Below, piece after piece: positions 50,340-64,000 of a DNA stretch of 64,000 nucleotides. Within the stretch, counting starts at the first letter, position 1; each line of letters starts with the position of its first letter. The notes under the pieces were generated by a model that was not told the origin of the DNA, did not search any database, and worked only from the letters and a program-made list of their open reading frames with translations. A program made the position numbers and the translations under genes. Origin of the DNA: Chiloscyllium plagiosum (Eukaryota); the NCBI RefSeq assembly GCF_004010195.1, contig NC_057751.1, positions 12,478,908 through 12,542,907 of the forward strand, read 5' to 3'.

Positions 50340-50927
50340 ACAGAGTTGGGAGGTCATGTTGCAGCTATACAGGACATTTGTTAGGCCATTTTTGGAATAT
50401 TGTGTGCAGTTCTGGCCTCCTTTCTATTGGAAGGATGTTGTGAAACTTGAAAGGGTTCAGCAAAGATTTACAAGGATGTTGCCAGGGTTGGAGAATTTGA
50501 GCTATAGGGAGAGGCTGAATAGGCTGGAGCTATTTTCCCTGGAGCTTTGGAGGCCGAGCGGTGACCTTATAGAGGTTTATAAATCATGAGGGGCATGGAT
50601 AAGGTAAATAGACAAAGTCTTTCCCCTGGGGTGGGGGAGTCCAGAACTAGAGGGTATAGGTATAGAGTGAGAAGGGAAAGATATAAAAGGGACCTAAGGG
50701 GCAACTTTTCACACAGGGGGTGGTGCGTGCATGGAATGAGCTGCCAGATGAAATGGTAGAGGCTGGTAAAATTGCAGCATTTTAAAGGCATTTGGATGGG
50801 TATATGAATAGGAAGGGTTTAGAGGGATATGAGCCAAGTGCTGGCAAATAGGACTAGATTGGATTGGGATATCTAGTCGGCAAGGACATGTTGACTAGAG
50901 GGGGCTGTTTCTGTGCTCTATGACTCT
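50340..50927 (+). mobile_element. CR1 LINE 3' end
   Basis: LQLYRTFVRPFLEYCVQFWPP..GDLIEVYK; tail CTCTATGACTCT. Confidence 0.88.
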
Positions 50928-53900
50928 AAATGAGAAGTATTCCTCAAAATTAGGAATCATCAGCTTTCCAGAAGGCATTTTAGTTGTTTAACAACGAGAT
51001 TGCTCGCAAGAAGGGAATTGACATTGTGATTTAAAATGCTTTATTTTAGCAATAAAGCCACTTTGGTATCAATTCACCTCACGATTGCATCAGGGCTATA
51101 TCTAAAAAATAATTGATGAAGAGGTCTCCTCAAATGCTACCTAAATGTTTTGGTTCCCAGCAATTTAGCATTCATTGATATGCAAATTCGTTGGAATAAA
51201 AATTCATTCCAAAAAGCACTTTATGAAATAGGTGCAATTTTCGCCCACTTCACCCATTCCATTCTGCTCAGAAACTCCACCTTTTCATTTATGCCCACAA
51301 AAGTTTGTTCTGTGAAGCAAGCAACAATAAAGCCCCTGTTTAATTTACAGCTATCACTCCCATTCACGGACCCAAATTCTAATCTGTAAATAATTATTCA
51401 TTCGTCTTTCATAACCCGGCCAAGATAAACATTCCGCTTGCAGACTGCTAAGCAGTTCAAGCTGTCACTTTGTGTGAAATATAAACAACATTCTTCTGAC
51501 TGCATGACATCTTGTACCATCGCATTCTTCATCACCGTCGTCAATTTCAATTACATGTCAGAGTTTCTACAAAACTGCAAAGAATATCTTTTGGTTCAGT
51601 ATAAATGTTACATTTCGACTAGACCAAATTCATAAGATCAAACTGAGTTTTTTTTTAACTTGGCTCTAGACCGTGGCTTACTTTTTGCTTTAAAACGTCG
51701 ACCACCTAAATTCCAGTTTTCCAACTGCACATTACAAAAGAAACAAACTACAGTCGGTAACTTTGCTACGCCCAATTCGTGCCGTGAGCAGTTTTGCAAC
51801 TCCTTTGATATTAGAAAGTGCCACGGTGCTTTGTAGAGGGCAATCGGACAGACTTTATGGGATGAGAACAGGTGGGCCAGCGTTTGGTCGAAAATGTAGG
51901 TTGTAAAGAGCATCTCAAAAATGGAGAGAAGGGGAGCGAGGCAGGGATTCCCAGGCTTAGGCAAATGAAGGCACGCCTGTCAAACGCAGAATCGCCTGCA
52001 TAGACATTAGCAAGTCTCACAATGGGCATTTGGCTGGAGTGAATGCGATTGCCGTCCAGCCCGTCTCCTTGCAAGAAGCCAATGCCTTCAGCAGAGGGAA
52101 AACGGAGAAGTTTAGAAAATCTGAATTGAATACTAACTACTGAACAGCAATTATCCAACAGCATTTATTGAAAAGCCAAACAAAAACAAACATCCATTTC
52201 ATTGGGTGTGTTATTTTTTCAGGCTCAGATAAACTCTATTGTGAGCTAAATAAAGGCCGATACTACAGTTGTCCCTCCAAGACGTATGGGTTTCCACACA
52301 TCCTAATTTCCTGCACGTTTTGCAAAGTGCGCAGCAAGGCGGAAACGCCAGTGTTTCCACTGGCCAGCAGGGGCACTGATTGGAAAGCCAACAGCATTTC
52401 ATTGTTCATGATTGTCAGGGGGAGGAGGCAGGATAATTAGCATGAGAAACATATCAGCTATGGCTATGCAGACTCGATGGGCCGAATAGTCTAAGCCTCT
52501 TCCTATATCTTATGGTCTTCTGATCAAGTTCCACTGAATATTCAGCGGCAATCAAAGCCTTTCGTCCCTGAAGGCATAGACTTGGACTGAGAACTCGCAT
52601 TGCCCACATGTCGCTGGGAAGACTAAGAACATGCATTTTCCTGTCGACAGAAACAGCTGTCTTGACACTCTCAGTCCCAACTCCTCCTCTAACCCAACGA
52701 TTCATTCCATGAAAATCCGCTTAATTTCTCTCTAGTTCGAGTGAATATCGACTGCACTGTGCGCCTCCCCCACCCACCACCCGTGAGAATGTCCCAGGGG
52801 AAGGCGACGGAGAGTCATCTTACCAAAGGCCGAAATCAATAAGTCCCTGATTAGTCTGGGGAAGCAGGATCGAGGGGCCGAACAGCCTACTCCTTTTCCT
52901 ATTTGTTATGGTCTGAAATCTGCTAACTGAGCAAGGTATAAATATGACAACTTCAAACTTTGTTGTCTGCACGTGTTCATAAAATAAGCTCAAACCAACA
53001 ACCAGAAACAACGACCCAATAAAAAAAGATTCTGCAATGATGATTACACGGAGTAAATAGAAATTTGCTTCGACTTACGACCCTTATCATACAAATACTA
53101 ATGTCCCTTTGACAAATAAAATGATCAACAGCGTGCAAAATATTTTGACTATGACTTGGAGAGGTTCACAGACAGCATTGATATAATCACAGGTTTCAGG
53201 TTGTCCAAATATATTGCTCAAGATCTTATAGACTTTGAAACCACTTATTAAGTCATTGCCAATACTAAGTCAGAGAGAATCTATTTCACGAAGTGTCTCG
53301 CTTCCTGAAGGGACCAGCGAAGAATGTTGGAGCTCAATTCCTGCTCCACCGCTGAAAGAAGTTGTGTCTCCAAACCAGAGAACTCTGCACAGTGACAATA
53401 TTTGGAGGAAACTGCAGCGTTAAAGTTCTCCCGAAAAAAACTGTCAGACTGAGCGATGTTTAACAGCCCTGTGTCTGACCGACTTTGTCAGCTACCCATC
53501 AAAAACGGTGGTTGAAGCCATTCAGACTGACTTGAGCCCGAATAGTCTCACCCACAGCAGATTGCAACAAACTCTCCGTCACCACCTCAACACACACACA
53601 CGCTTTCTAACTTTCATTTACCCCACCCGCCCCGTGACAAACAAAAATGAACCAATCTGTTCTTTCTGATTGAGCCGTTTTTGTGTTCGCAGACATTGGC
53701 ATCACAATTTAGCGCCGGTTCGAAGGATCGAGGAATAAGTGACGCTTTCCTATGGCTTTCCCTGCACCCAAGAACATCTACCTAAACACAGCTCAAACAA
53801 GAATTGAGCTTAAGCAAGTTTCAGACAAAAGCCTGACTGGTGGGGTGAAGCGGGCATTCGATGGAAAACCTGTCCGGGTCATTTCTCTGCTGTCAATCAT

Positions 53901-53967
53901 GTTATCTCCCTCTCCTGAAGTTTCTAAGTGTGTTACATTTTCACGGTGGGCCGAGAGCAAATATTAC

Positions 53968-54496
53968 CTTGCGAGCTGGTCGAAAGAGTGGCGTTCGGGT
54001 TGGGAAAGACGATGCACAGGTCATTGTCCAGTGGGAACTTGTCGCACTTTAACATGTCCGGCCAAGGGAAGCCAAAGAACTCCATAACTGGCGTGCAGGC
54101 GTCCCGCACTGCCGTGCAGAGTGAGCGGCACGGGTAGATGGGTCTGTCCAGGCAGATGGGAGCGTACAGTGAGCAGAGAAAGAGCTGGGTGTTGGGGTGA
54201 CAGTTCTTGTTCAGCAGCGGCACCCAGCTGCTCGCCTGTTGCTGCACCTCCTCCATGGTCTCGTGGTCCAGCAAGTTGGGCAAGCTCATCTTGTGGTACC
54301 CGACGTTGTTGCAAAGTCTCAAGGCGAAAGGAATATCCACGCAGTGCGGTGGCTTAATGTAAAAGCGGCTGTCCGCTTGCCAGCTGGATTCCTCTACTTC
54401 CATCGCAACACACCAGGCAAACAGCCCCATGCTGAGTGGCAGAAATACGGTATAAAACTTCCAGTAAGTCTTGCTTGAAATACCTCTCTGTCCCAT
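53968..54496 (-). CDS. SFRP1: Secreted frizzled-related protein (SFRP1/5 subfamily, closest to SFRP1), coding exon 1: signal peptide + Frizzled cysteine-rich domain
   Basis: ATG in strong Kozak context (AAAATGG) and a hydrophobic N-terminus. RFYIKPPHCVDIP..LCNNVGY..LPNLLDHET..QQASSWVPLLNKNCH..FLCSLYAPICLDRPIYPCRSLC..CDKFPLDNDLC carries the 10 CRD cysteines, followed by an NAT sequon. Splice donor AAG|GTAATA at 53968/53967 (529 nt, phase 1). Orthology to SFRP1 is tentative. Confidence 0.93.
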
Positions 54497-55080
54497 TTTT
54501 CCTTTGGTTACTTTGTTGTTGCAAAGTCCTGGCTGGAGCTGGCAAGGTTACTTCCCTCCGGTTTGCACAGTTGGCCTTTAAGTTTCACTGTGATAATCAG
54601 TCTGAGCAGAAAACAGCAGCGCGGGGTTAGATTTTGTTCTGCCCTCTGCTTTAGAAACAGGAACGCCTCGAAGATATCAGTACCTGTCTCTGTTTTTTCA
54701 TTATCCAGCCTAGCCGGGGTTTTCTCTGGCTCGCTCGCTAACTCAGTCCCACCTTTCTTTCAGTCCACCGTGCACATAATGTGTTAAAGGGAGGGCTGAT
54801 TTGTGAAACTGGCTCCACTGGTCTCAGCATCCAGCTTCTGAACACAAGTTTGTTCTGCCGGGTATGTGCAGCTTTCAGTCTTCATCACAACCTCGCAAGA
54901 CCAACCAATCAGCCTGTGACCATCCCCTATTACACTCCTCTGCAAGTGTCAGTCCCAGCCTTAATTTACCAATCAGCTTTTTGGAAAGGAAGTGACAGAC
55001 ACCGCCCCCCCCCCCCCCCCCCGCCCCGTCTCTCCACCTCCACCTCCAGCCCCATCCCCCAACTTCCCCACCACTCAGCC
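54497..55080 (-). promoter_or_regulatory. Probable 5'UTR/proximal promoter of the SFRP gene
   Basis: Directly upstream of the ATG, no recognisable repeats, CpG-enriched relative to the window. CCAAT motifs at ~54905 and ~54969; poly-C tract with CCCCGCCCC GC-box at ~55005-55027. The TSS cannot be determined. Confidence 0.5.
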
Positions 55081-58000
55081 AGATCCGAGCTTTCAGTTCA
55101 TCCTTCCAAATTCCGATTTTTTCGGCGATCGAAACAGAAATATTTCAAAGAGTAATAAGATTTTTTTCTTATGAATTTTTCGAGTCCCCAGGAGTCACAA
55201 AACACGTTTTAACATGCGATTCAGAAAATGTATCACATCATTTCCTTCCGTCAGTTTGAATTCCTGGCATTTACTTTTCCCAATGACCTACTTGCCAGCT
55301 TTAGGCCAGTTTCATAAACCCAACAAAACAGGAACAGTCCACTTCAGCACTTGGTCGAGCTGCAGCCCCTCAGCCAACTCTCTTGAGCAGTCAAGGAACA
55401 CCAAAATCTGAAATCCAACTGCGAATGGTAACTTCTCATAAAGTACACATCCGCAGGAGAGTTGGTGCTGATCTTTTCAGGAAGGATTAAATCAGAATCA
55501 CCAAGTTTGTTTGGCAGAAGTTGCACTTCTGACCAACTTGAGGGCGAAGTGACTGACTTTCTCCTGAATTTCGCAGCCAAAGTTACGATGAAACGCCATG
55601 TACCTTGCCAGCTGCTTAATCAGGGCCATTTTCTTCGACTCAAACAACTGCCAAGATTCTGTCAAAAGTCAATGTTTTTATCATTTTACCATGTGTGTGT
55701 GTGTATGAACGCTACAGGTTTGGGTGGGGAGAGGAAAATTTACTTTGAGGGGAGTTGGGTGAGTTGCAGCATGCAAGGAAGGTCAACTCGCATCACCGGT
55801 AACACTGTCATTAAAATAGTCAGCAGTATTCAGACAAGCTGAGGATATGCTCACTCTTGTGACCAGCTTCACTTAACATAACGGCTGAGTGTCTGACAGC
55901 CATCATTCACTTCTAAACAACTATTACGTAGACAATGCCACATTTATCTACTCCCTCACTAGTTAGGACTACTGACTAGGAATACTGAAGCGAAGCCGGA
56001 ACCTAAAACTGAAGAGGAGAAGAAGTACCATTCTTGATTCCAATTCTGTTCGGGATCGGTCCATTCAAGCGAGGGCAGCAGGGGGCAGCACAAAGTGGCC
56101 ATGTCAACCCCAGGATCGAAGCAGGAAGATCAGTCCTGACTGGCTGTTGGAGCGACGCACTCGCATGTTCTGAGGTTTGGCAATGGTTCAATGAAATACT
56201 GGCACTTATTGTTGTCAGGTAGAGATATCCAGGACATTTACCCAATGACAATGAAGGAACAGTAACATATTTGCTTTTATTAGAGCTATATTTCTCTGCT
56301 GGATGTGTGGCCATCATTTGAAAGAATCAATGAGTATTCATGAAATAGAAAGGGCCATTTGGCCCCATTATTGCTCATGCAGATTTAATCAATCCACAGT
56401 GAACCTGTGTTTCATCAAATGTTATTTTGAATATCATATTATTTCTCTTTCCTGTCAGTCAGATCATTCTAAACGTTTCTCATTCTTGGAGTAAGAGCAT
56501 AGCAGTTGCATAACCAGAAGATATCTCAAAGCATTTTGCACCAGTAAATTACTTTTTAAAATCTAGTCTCTGGTGTAATTTAAGAAATATTGCAGTTAAT
56601 TTCTCACTAGCTCTCACAAATGAGAGGCTAATAATGAATGTGCTTTTGTGATAGTGGATAGAATGATAAATATCAGGTCCTGGTGCAACTCCCCTGTTTT
56701 TCCTTCAAATTATACTATAGAATCTTTTACACTATCATATATGGGGCCGTGATCTTAATATCTAATTCCAAAGATCGCACCTCAATAGTGCAGCACTTTC
56801 TTAACACTGCACTGGAATGTCCAGTGTTTGTACTGGAGCCCAGGAATGGGCCTTTAGCTTGGTGATGTAGGGGAGAATGCACTACCAAGTAAGCCACAGT
56901 TGACCAATACAGAAGTTATTTCTGAATCTACCTGTTCTCAATTTGATTTTCACAAGTTCACATTTAAGGATTTTAGTAACACATTCTTGCTTCCTTTGAA
57001 GTGATAATGAGGATTTATCTCAACAGTTTATATCCCTCAATGATCATTCGTGTTTGCACATTGTTTATCAATTACCATTTTTCCTTTTTCAGGTTGGGTG
57101 CAAATCACTCCTAGCACACACAATTAGAATTTGATAAACATTTGCTCTACAGTCAACTGTACACTTGATGGCCAAAATCTGCCAAGCATTGAACAAAATT
57201 TGCACCAATTGTTTCCAGTTGTTTCAATAGTTAGAAACACTCATGTGAAAAATATGGGCTGTATCTGTCAGTTTTCACCTGAACAACAGGATAGCTGTTG
57301 AACAATTAGGCAAGATTATTGGAATGAACAGTGTAAATGAGTCCAAGTAACATTTCAAGGCTTTTCTTGAGATAGAAGTAATTGAGAGAATGTTGGGGTG
57401 CTGACAAAGATCTCAATGTCTTTGTGTTGATGTAATCTTTCACTGTTATATCAGTTCATGAACCTTACTTGATCAAAGATTTACTATGAATATATATTAT
57501 AATATTTTGCAGAATGTATGGCTTTCACTTATGTATTACATTTGCTTGTCTTATTTTAGCTAACATATATCAGCTATCACACACTTACGATTCTGGTAGC
57601 AACTCCATGTGTAATATTTAGTCCCCTCTGTGATTGAGTGCAGATAAGTCATTAGGGAACACAAGGAAATAGGAACAGTATCTGTAAAAAGAAATTGTGT
57701 CAAGTCAGAGTATGTTTGTACATTTTGGTCTTGCTTTTCTATAAAGCAGTTGCATTTATCTAGAATAATCTCTGTGCAGATAGTGATTTGAGCATCTCTG
57801 GTCTTTGAGGTTGAGGATAGAGACTAAGAAACTCAAAGATATTTCATTCAAAATTGTGCTGCTTTTATCCTAATCAATACCAAGTCCTGTTCACCCATCA
57901 ACCCTGTGTTCAGTCACTGACATTGGCCGTCGGTCCAACAGTACATTGATTTTAAGACGTTTTTCTTGCTTATGCAAACTTCGATTGGTTCACTCCTCCC

Positions 58001-58589
58001 AATTTCTCTAGTTTCCACCAGCTATACAACCATCTAACAGTACTGTGGTCCTCTAATTTTGACTTTTTGCCCATTCCCAATTTTAAACATGCCACATCTG
58101 CTGGCCATTCCTTCAGTTACCCAGGCCTTAAACTTGTTAACAACCGCCTGAACCTCCCCACCAAACAGTCTTACCTTTACTTCCTCATTTATCTATGTTG
58201 TCATATTGCCTTATATGTTTGTGTCAAATTTTGTTTGCTACCAAGCACCTTGGGATGTTTTTTGGCATTAAAGGTGCTGTATAAATGCAAACTATTCTTC
58301 TGTATGTTATGGATATGGTTGATGTGTTTCCATCCCCAGGCCTGACAGCTACATAAAGACATCCTGACAAGCGAATGTAAATGAAAAGCTTGACTGAAAG
58401 AAACATAGGAACAGGGAGAAGCCAATTCCACCAATCAATGGAATGGTGAATAATCAGTGTTCTAACTCTATTTATCTGCTTTGACTCCAATTCCTTTTAA
58501 CGCATAATCTAGCCAAACTATATTTATACAATAATTAATTTAGATAACACTATTTGATTTTTGTGGACAAGAGTCTGATGTTGGTTTTG

Positions 58590-60310
58590 ATTTGATATAT
58601 TGCTGCATGAACCTAAGTGAAAAGCTTTGTTTATGAGCTGTACAGGCAGATCATAGTAAACAGAGACATACAGATCATAGGGTGAAAAATACTTGGACAG
58701 AGGCATACAGGTTACATGCACAGAGCACACGCTAGGCAAGATCAACATTCACAAGATCAACATTTTTTGAAGTGAGAGAATCAATTCATCCGTCTAATAA
58801 TTCATCCGTCTAGGAAAGAGATTGTTCTTGAACCTGCTAGTGCCTGTGTTCAAGCTTCTGCATCTTTTGCCTGACAGAAGAAGCTGTAGGAGAGCATTGT
58901 TTTGACACAATGTGTCTTTGACGATATTGGCAGTCTTTCCATAGCAATGAGCCATGTAAATGGAGTCTGTGGATGGAAGGTTGTCTTCTGTGATCGCCTG
59001 GGCTGTGCACACAACTTTCTGTAGTTTCTTTCAGTCCTGGGCAGAATAGTTGCCATACCAGGCTGTTATGCACCCGGACAGTATGCTTTCAATGGTGTGT
59101 CTGTAAAAGTTGGTGAGGGACCTTGTGAACATGCCAAATTTCTGAGCCACCTGAGGAAGAAGAGGCATTGTTATGTCTTCTTGACCATCGCACCTATATA
59201 GGTGGTCCAGAACAGTTTGTCAGTTATCATCACTCTGAGGAACTTGACTTTCTCCACCCTTTCAACCTCAACTCTAATGTAGATGGAGGCTTGTTCTCCT
59301 GCTTTCTTTCCAAAGTCAATGATCAATTCTTTGGTTTTCCGACATTGAGGGAGAGATTGTTCTTATTGCATGACATCACTGTCTACCTGCTTTCTGTACT
59401 CTGACTTATCATTGTTAGATATCCATCCTACATTGGTGGTTTCATCAGCAAACTTGTAGATGGTGTTTGTTTGGAATTTGGTAGCACAGTCGTGAGTGTA
59501 CAGGGAGTACAATATGGGGCTGAGAACACATCCTTGGGGGGCTGCAGTGTTGAGTTATCTTGGAGGAGGTGCTGTTGTCTATCTTCACTGATTGCGGTCT
59601 GTGGGTCAGAAAGCTGAGGATCCAGTTGCAGAGGGTGGAGCCAAGACTTGGGTCTGGGAGTTTTGACATCAGTCATCAATTGTAGAGGATCGAGGCAAGC
59701 TGGGAGATTAGAGTTGATGTGGGCTATGATCAGCCTCTCAAAGAACTTTATGATTGTTGTGGTCAAAGCCACTGGGCAGTAGTTATTAAGGCACATTGCA
59801 TGTGCTTTCTTGGGTACAGTGGTCTTCTTGAAGCAGGTGGGGACTTTGACTTGTAGGAGGGAGAGGTTGGAGATGTCAATGAATACCTCCACCAGTTGGA
59901 CTGTACAGGATCTAAATCCATTGCCGGGGATTCCGTCCAGGCCCATCGCTTTCCTTAGGTTGACTTCCAGGAACACCAATCTGACATCGGCAGCGGTGGC
60001 AATGGGCACAGGTGCCTCCTGGGCTGTCAGGGCAGGTGACACTATGCTACTGGCATTCTGCTCGAACCGAGCATCGGAAGCATTGAACGCATGAGGAAGC
60101 AATGTGCCTTTGTCTACTCTGTTGCTCTGCTTCATTTTGTATCCCATAATTTTGTTTAGGCCTTGCCACAGGCGATGGGAATCTCTATGGTTGGTTTGAG
60201 CCTCTAACCTTGCACCTTGGCATCTCTGATGGCTTTACAGAGGTCATATCTGGATTTTGTGTATAAATCTATGACATCCGACTTGAATGCTGCACACCTG
60301 GTCTTCAGTT
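58590..60310 (-). mobile_element. Decayed Rex1/Babar-type LINE (RT region and 3' end)
   Basis: KAMGLDGIPG, VPTCFKKT..CLNNYCPVALTTTIIKFFERL and LCNWILSFLTHRPQSVKI, typical of Rex1/Babar RT. Confidence 0.8.
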
Positions 60311-63300
60311 TGTCAACGTGAAGAATTATCTCCTCACTTTCTCATTACTGTTCGGACTCTGATTTTAATATTATGTCAAGGTGCCCTAGTCTGTAAAGAT
60401 TTCCAAAGTTTAAACCTAAATGACTGAGACTGAGCAGAACCCTAGATCCAATGTGGGGCATCTCTACTATAGCACACAATATGGTACAATGCCCAATGGA
60501 AACCTTTGGCAAAGCAAGCAACCCATATGTCTGCTATGTGTTCTACATTGCTGGAACAAGATCACCATCTTTTCATTGTCACTCAGTCAAAAACGTGAAC
60601 TCACTTCCTAACAACACTTGTGGTCATATCTGTACCACATGGGTAGCAGCAGTTCAAGAAGGTACATTCACAAGGTAACTAGAGATTGCCAATAAAGGCT
60701 GCCCAGCCAGTGACGCCAACATGTTGTGAGTAAATTAACAAAAAAACGTCCATGTTGAATTGAAACACAGCAGAAATGACTGTCATCTCAAATAGCTGTC
60801 ACCCAAAAGTTTATGTTGGACAATTCTCAAAACCTGATTGTGAATCCTCTGTTGACATAGGGGTAAAACATAGAGAAATCTACTACCAATTTTAATTCAT
60901 CTTGGCCTGAATGGCCCTGGTTCAGGTTGGAAGCCTGTATTGCAATCTGTTCAAATTGACTCATCATTGACTTTAGTGGAGTATAAAATCAGGTGGAGTG
61001 TAAAATGGGATCTAACCTGAACCTCTCTTATTTCTGCATGGTTATTCTCTAACCTTTTGTCTTTGAGGATCTCCTTGATCCACTCTTTGTTATTATAACC
61101 ATGCACAACCCTCCACAAATTCTCTATTTCCTGACAGATTTCATATCCCTCACATTGCCTGTTTTACCTCACCATTCCCAGCTATGCCTTCACTGGCCTA
61201 GGTCACAATATCTGGAATTCCCTGCTGCAGCCCATCTGCTGGCCTTGCTTGGGAGTGTCCTAAAAAAAACTTGATTACTCTTATGCCAGGAAAACATCCA
61301 CCTCTTTCAAAAGGACATTTGATGCCCAATTAAAATAGAATCCTCTGGTAAAAGAATAGAGGAATAGGACTAATTGGTTAGGTCTTCAGCAGGAAGGGCT
61401 GAATTGCATCTGACTACATGGTAAGGTGTTTTGAATCTATTTTGGATGGAGATCTTGCTTGACATCCAGATGTGCAGCAGGAATTCAACTTCACTTCACT
61501 TCCAATAGGTGTGTTTTTCATCTAGAACTCAAGAATGAATCATTCAAGTTGGGTATCTGGCAGTAGTGTGACCTTAATAATGTGTGTTTGAAAATAATTG
61601 AAGCAATCCTCCCGTCAAGTTTATATGTCAAGCTTGGCTTACATGAGCTGTAAAGAGATAACAGTACATTTGTTGTGAAAGGATTGTTAGTGCCTTGTTA
61701 GTATATTATGGAGCAAACAGAGGTGGCAGTCATTTAGTGGGAATTCTCTGCTGTATGTCTTCTATTAAGCTGTGAAGGCAAACTTCCTCCTCCCCCCTTT
61801 TCTTCATAATTCCTAGTCTGCCTGACTGTATTATATCTACGATGAACAGAACAACAGAATTGCTTGTTCAAGAACTCTGGGACTTGACAAGGAGACTCCC
61901 TCAGAATGCCCTTATCTCCCAACTGGCAACAGTTCAGCCTTGGACAAAAGTGAGACAGCAAGGACCGAACTCAGTGGTGTGGGATACCAAGCCTGCTGCG
62001 TGGCAACATAATATTCTTTCAAAAGAAAATGTGTAGAGTTGTTAGCGACGTGAACAAGGGTTAAGTTGACAGAGTGATATTGAAAAAGATGTGAGACCAA
62101 AACTGAAGAGCCACAAAAACTCAGAGGTTCAGGGGAGGTGTGCTCAATATATTAAAAATTATGAAGGGGCTTTGGTCATAAGTAGGACCTGTTTCCAATC
62201 GCAAAAGAATTAATACCAAGAGGATACAGAATTAAGATAATGAACAAATGTCCTCGACATAACCGCCCTTAATGATCTCAGATGTGCTTCCTGACTTGGG
62301 GGGAGGTTGGGTTTGGAAATAGGTTTAATAGTCACTTGCAAAAGGCCATAGGTGTATATTTGAAAGTAAAATTCAGAGCTTTGGAGAATGAACTGACAGT
62401 GGGACCAATTAGAGATTTTTTTCCAAGAATCAGCACAGATTGACAGGCCAAATGGCCTCAGTCTGTGTTGATTGTGTCATTTTCATTGCATTGTCACACA
62501 GCAGACAGTCCACAGTCAGAATTTGCACTCCAGATGTTCCCATGTCAGATTAAATCAAGAAATATAAATAATTTAGAGAAAAATCCAGTCTTCAGAACCT
62601 AGTGAATAAAGCTAAGCCTCTCAATAGCAGCTCACATCAGCCTTTCTACAGGCCAATCAGCATTATCACACTGGAAATTAATATTGGTGATTTGGACTTG
62701 GCAGTCTGAAACAGTGCAGGTTTTGTGAAAGCAAGAGAGAGGCGGTATTGTGTGGCCCACCTCACGGGATGATGCTTGTCAGCAATCTGGTGATATAACG
62801 AGCCTCTTTGGGGTAAAATAAAAATGGGCTGATTTTTTTTGCAGACGAACATGACTCAGCAACCTCGTTTGTTTCGGGAGCGAGCTGATCAGGACAGGAG
62901 TTCTGCAGGTCGTTGAGGGAACTGAATGCCAAATCGCTTTCGCCATTGAATGAAATTGCGGCTGACAGAACGCTGCTTTGTGAAAGCGCTCAGAACACAA
63001 TCTAATGGCCAAAAATGGTGAACTTTACTGCAGCTTTGAGCAGTGGTTTTGATGGAGATGTTTGGGAAATAGAAGTCATTCCAAAGAACTCTTGCGCCTC
63101 GGCCACCTCTAATCTGTTAAATCTGGATTTTGGCTAAACTCAAAGCAGATGTTGCGTGTACACCCGAATTACAATGCGCATAGACATAACCGCCGCTTCA
63201 GAAATTGTATGAATCCATTACTAAGACCTGCAGGAGAACTGCTCATAATTTTAAATTATGTCAGCTCGGTTGCATTTTTAAGGAAAACTTTAAAAAATGT

Positions 63301-64000
63301 TTAGTCCCCCGCCAGGAATAGTCGAACTCCCAAAGCCTGCAGCTACTTCAATCCATACTCATTCTGAGAACGAAATTACTCCAACAATAATTGCTTTATG
63401 TGGAAATATTGCACAATGAATGTCAGGGTGTAGGGAAAAGACCCTTTGTTCCTCACTGATCTGGGCACGGTGACTGGGGCTGGATAGTACCGCCAGCTAT
63501 GCCTTTCTGTATGGGTTTTGTAGTGATTGGTAGGAGTAAAGGGTGATTGCAGGCGTGTCTTTCTGACTGGCTCCTTTGAAGAGTGAAAGTGCAAACGCGT
63601 GAAAGATAACAATTGAGATTTCCCTGCAGCTCTTGTGTCCTTCCGCGCTAACCTCTACGTTTGGAGGGAGCTGAGAGCCGAAACGTGTTGGACATCTTCC
63701 CAAATCAACTTTTGGTGGACATCTTTCCAGTGTGAGACTTGCCAGTCACCAAATTTAATTCTTTTTAGGCTTGGTGCAGGGGAATGGAAGCAAGGTCACA
63801 TCTTAAACCCAACCAATGCATCATCTCCTGCTGTCTGTTTTAAGGGAATGGGTATGGATCTTGAGTTTCACCATTCTATTGACCATTATATTAAAGTCCA
63901 TAACATTCATAATTCAATAGGGATTCCAATTCATATGGAACTGCACCCAGTTGGGCTTTCCGGGATTTGGGAAAACTTGGCAGTAAATTACAGATGTAGT

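Noticed and set aside
53933..53967. C-terminal GNICSRPTVKM of the 187-aa ORF
   Set aside because: Lies beyond a good splice donor; intronic read-through.
59428..60147. 239-aa ORF
   Set aside because: Decayed Rex1/Babar RT running out of frame.

Overview
Eukaryotic, repeat-rich vertebrate DNA. The repeat content (HE1/V-SINE-like and DeuSINE-like SINEs, many CR1 LINEs, Penelope derivatives) suggests a shark; the taxon is inferred. One host gene is visible: a minus-strand secreted frizzled-related protein of the SFRP1/SFRP5 group. Exon 1 CDS is 54496-53968 (signal peptide plus 10-Cys Frizzled CRD) and exon 2 is 36150-36070. The expected third (NTR-domain) exon was not found and probably lies left of the window, so most of the window would be intronic. 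The most striking non-gene signal is a set of 120-250 bp insertions bounded by 12-16 bp target-site duplications. They belong to three sequence families, and several are near-perfect palindromes. All carry remnants of a minimal hammerhead ribozyme core (CUGAUGA-A-stemII-GAA-palindromic 4-mer-H) whose stem sequences co-vary between families. A coding fragment of a Penelope-like element sits beside the assembly gap. Nearly all other ORFs in the track are decayed retrotransposon pieces or noise. Repeat family names come from recognition, not database searches, and many repeat boundaries are approximate.
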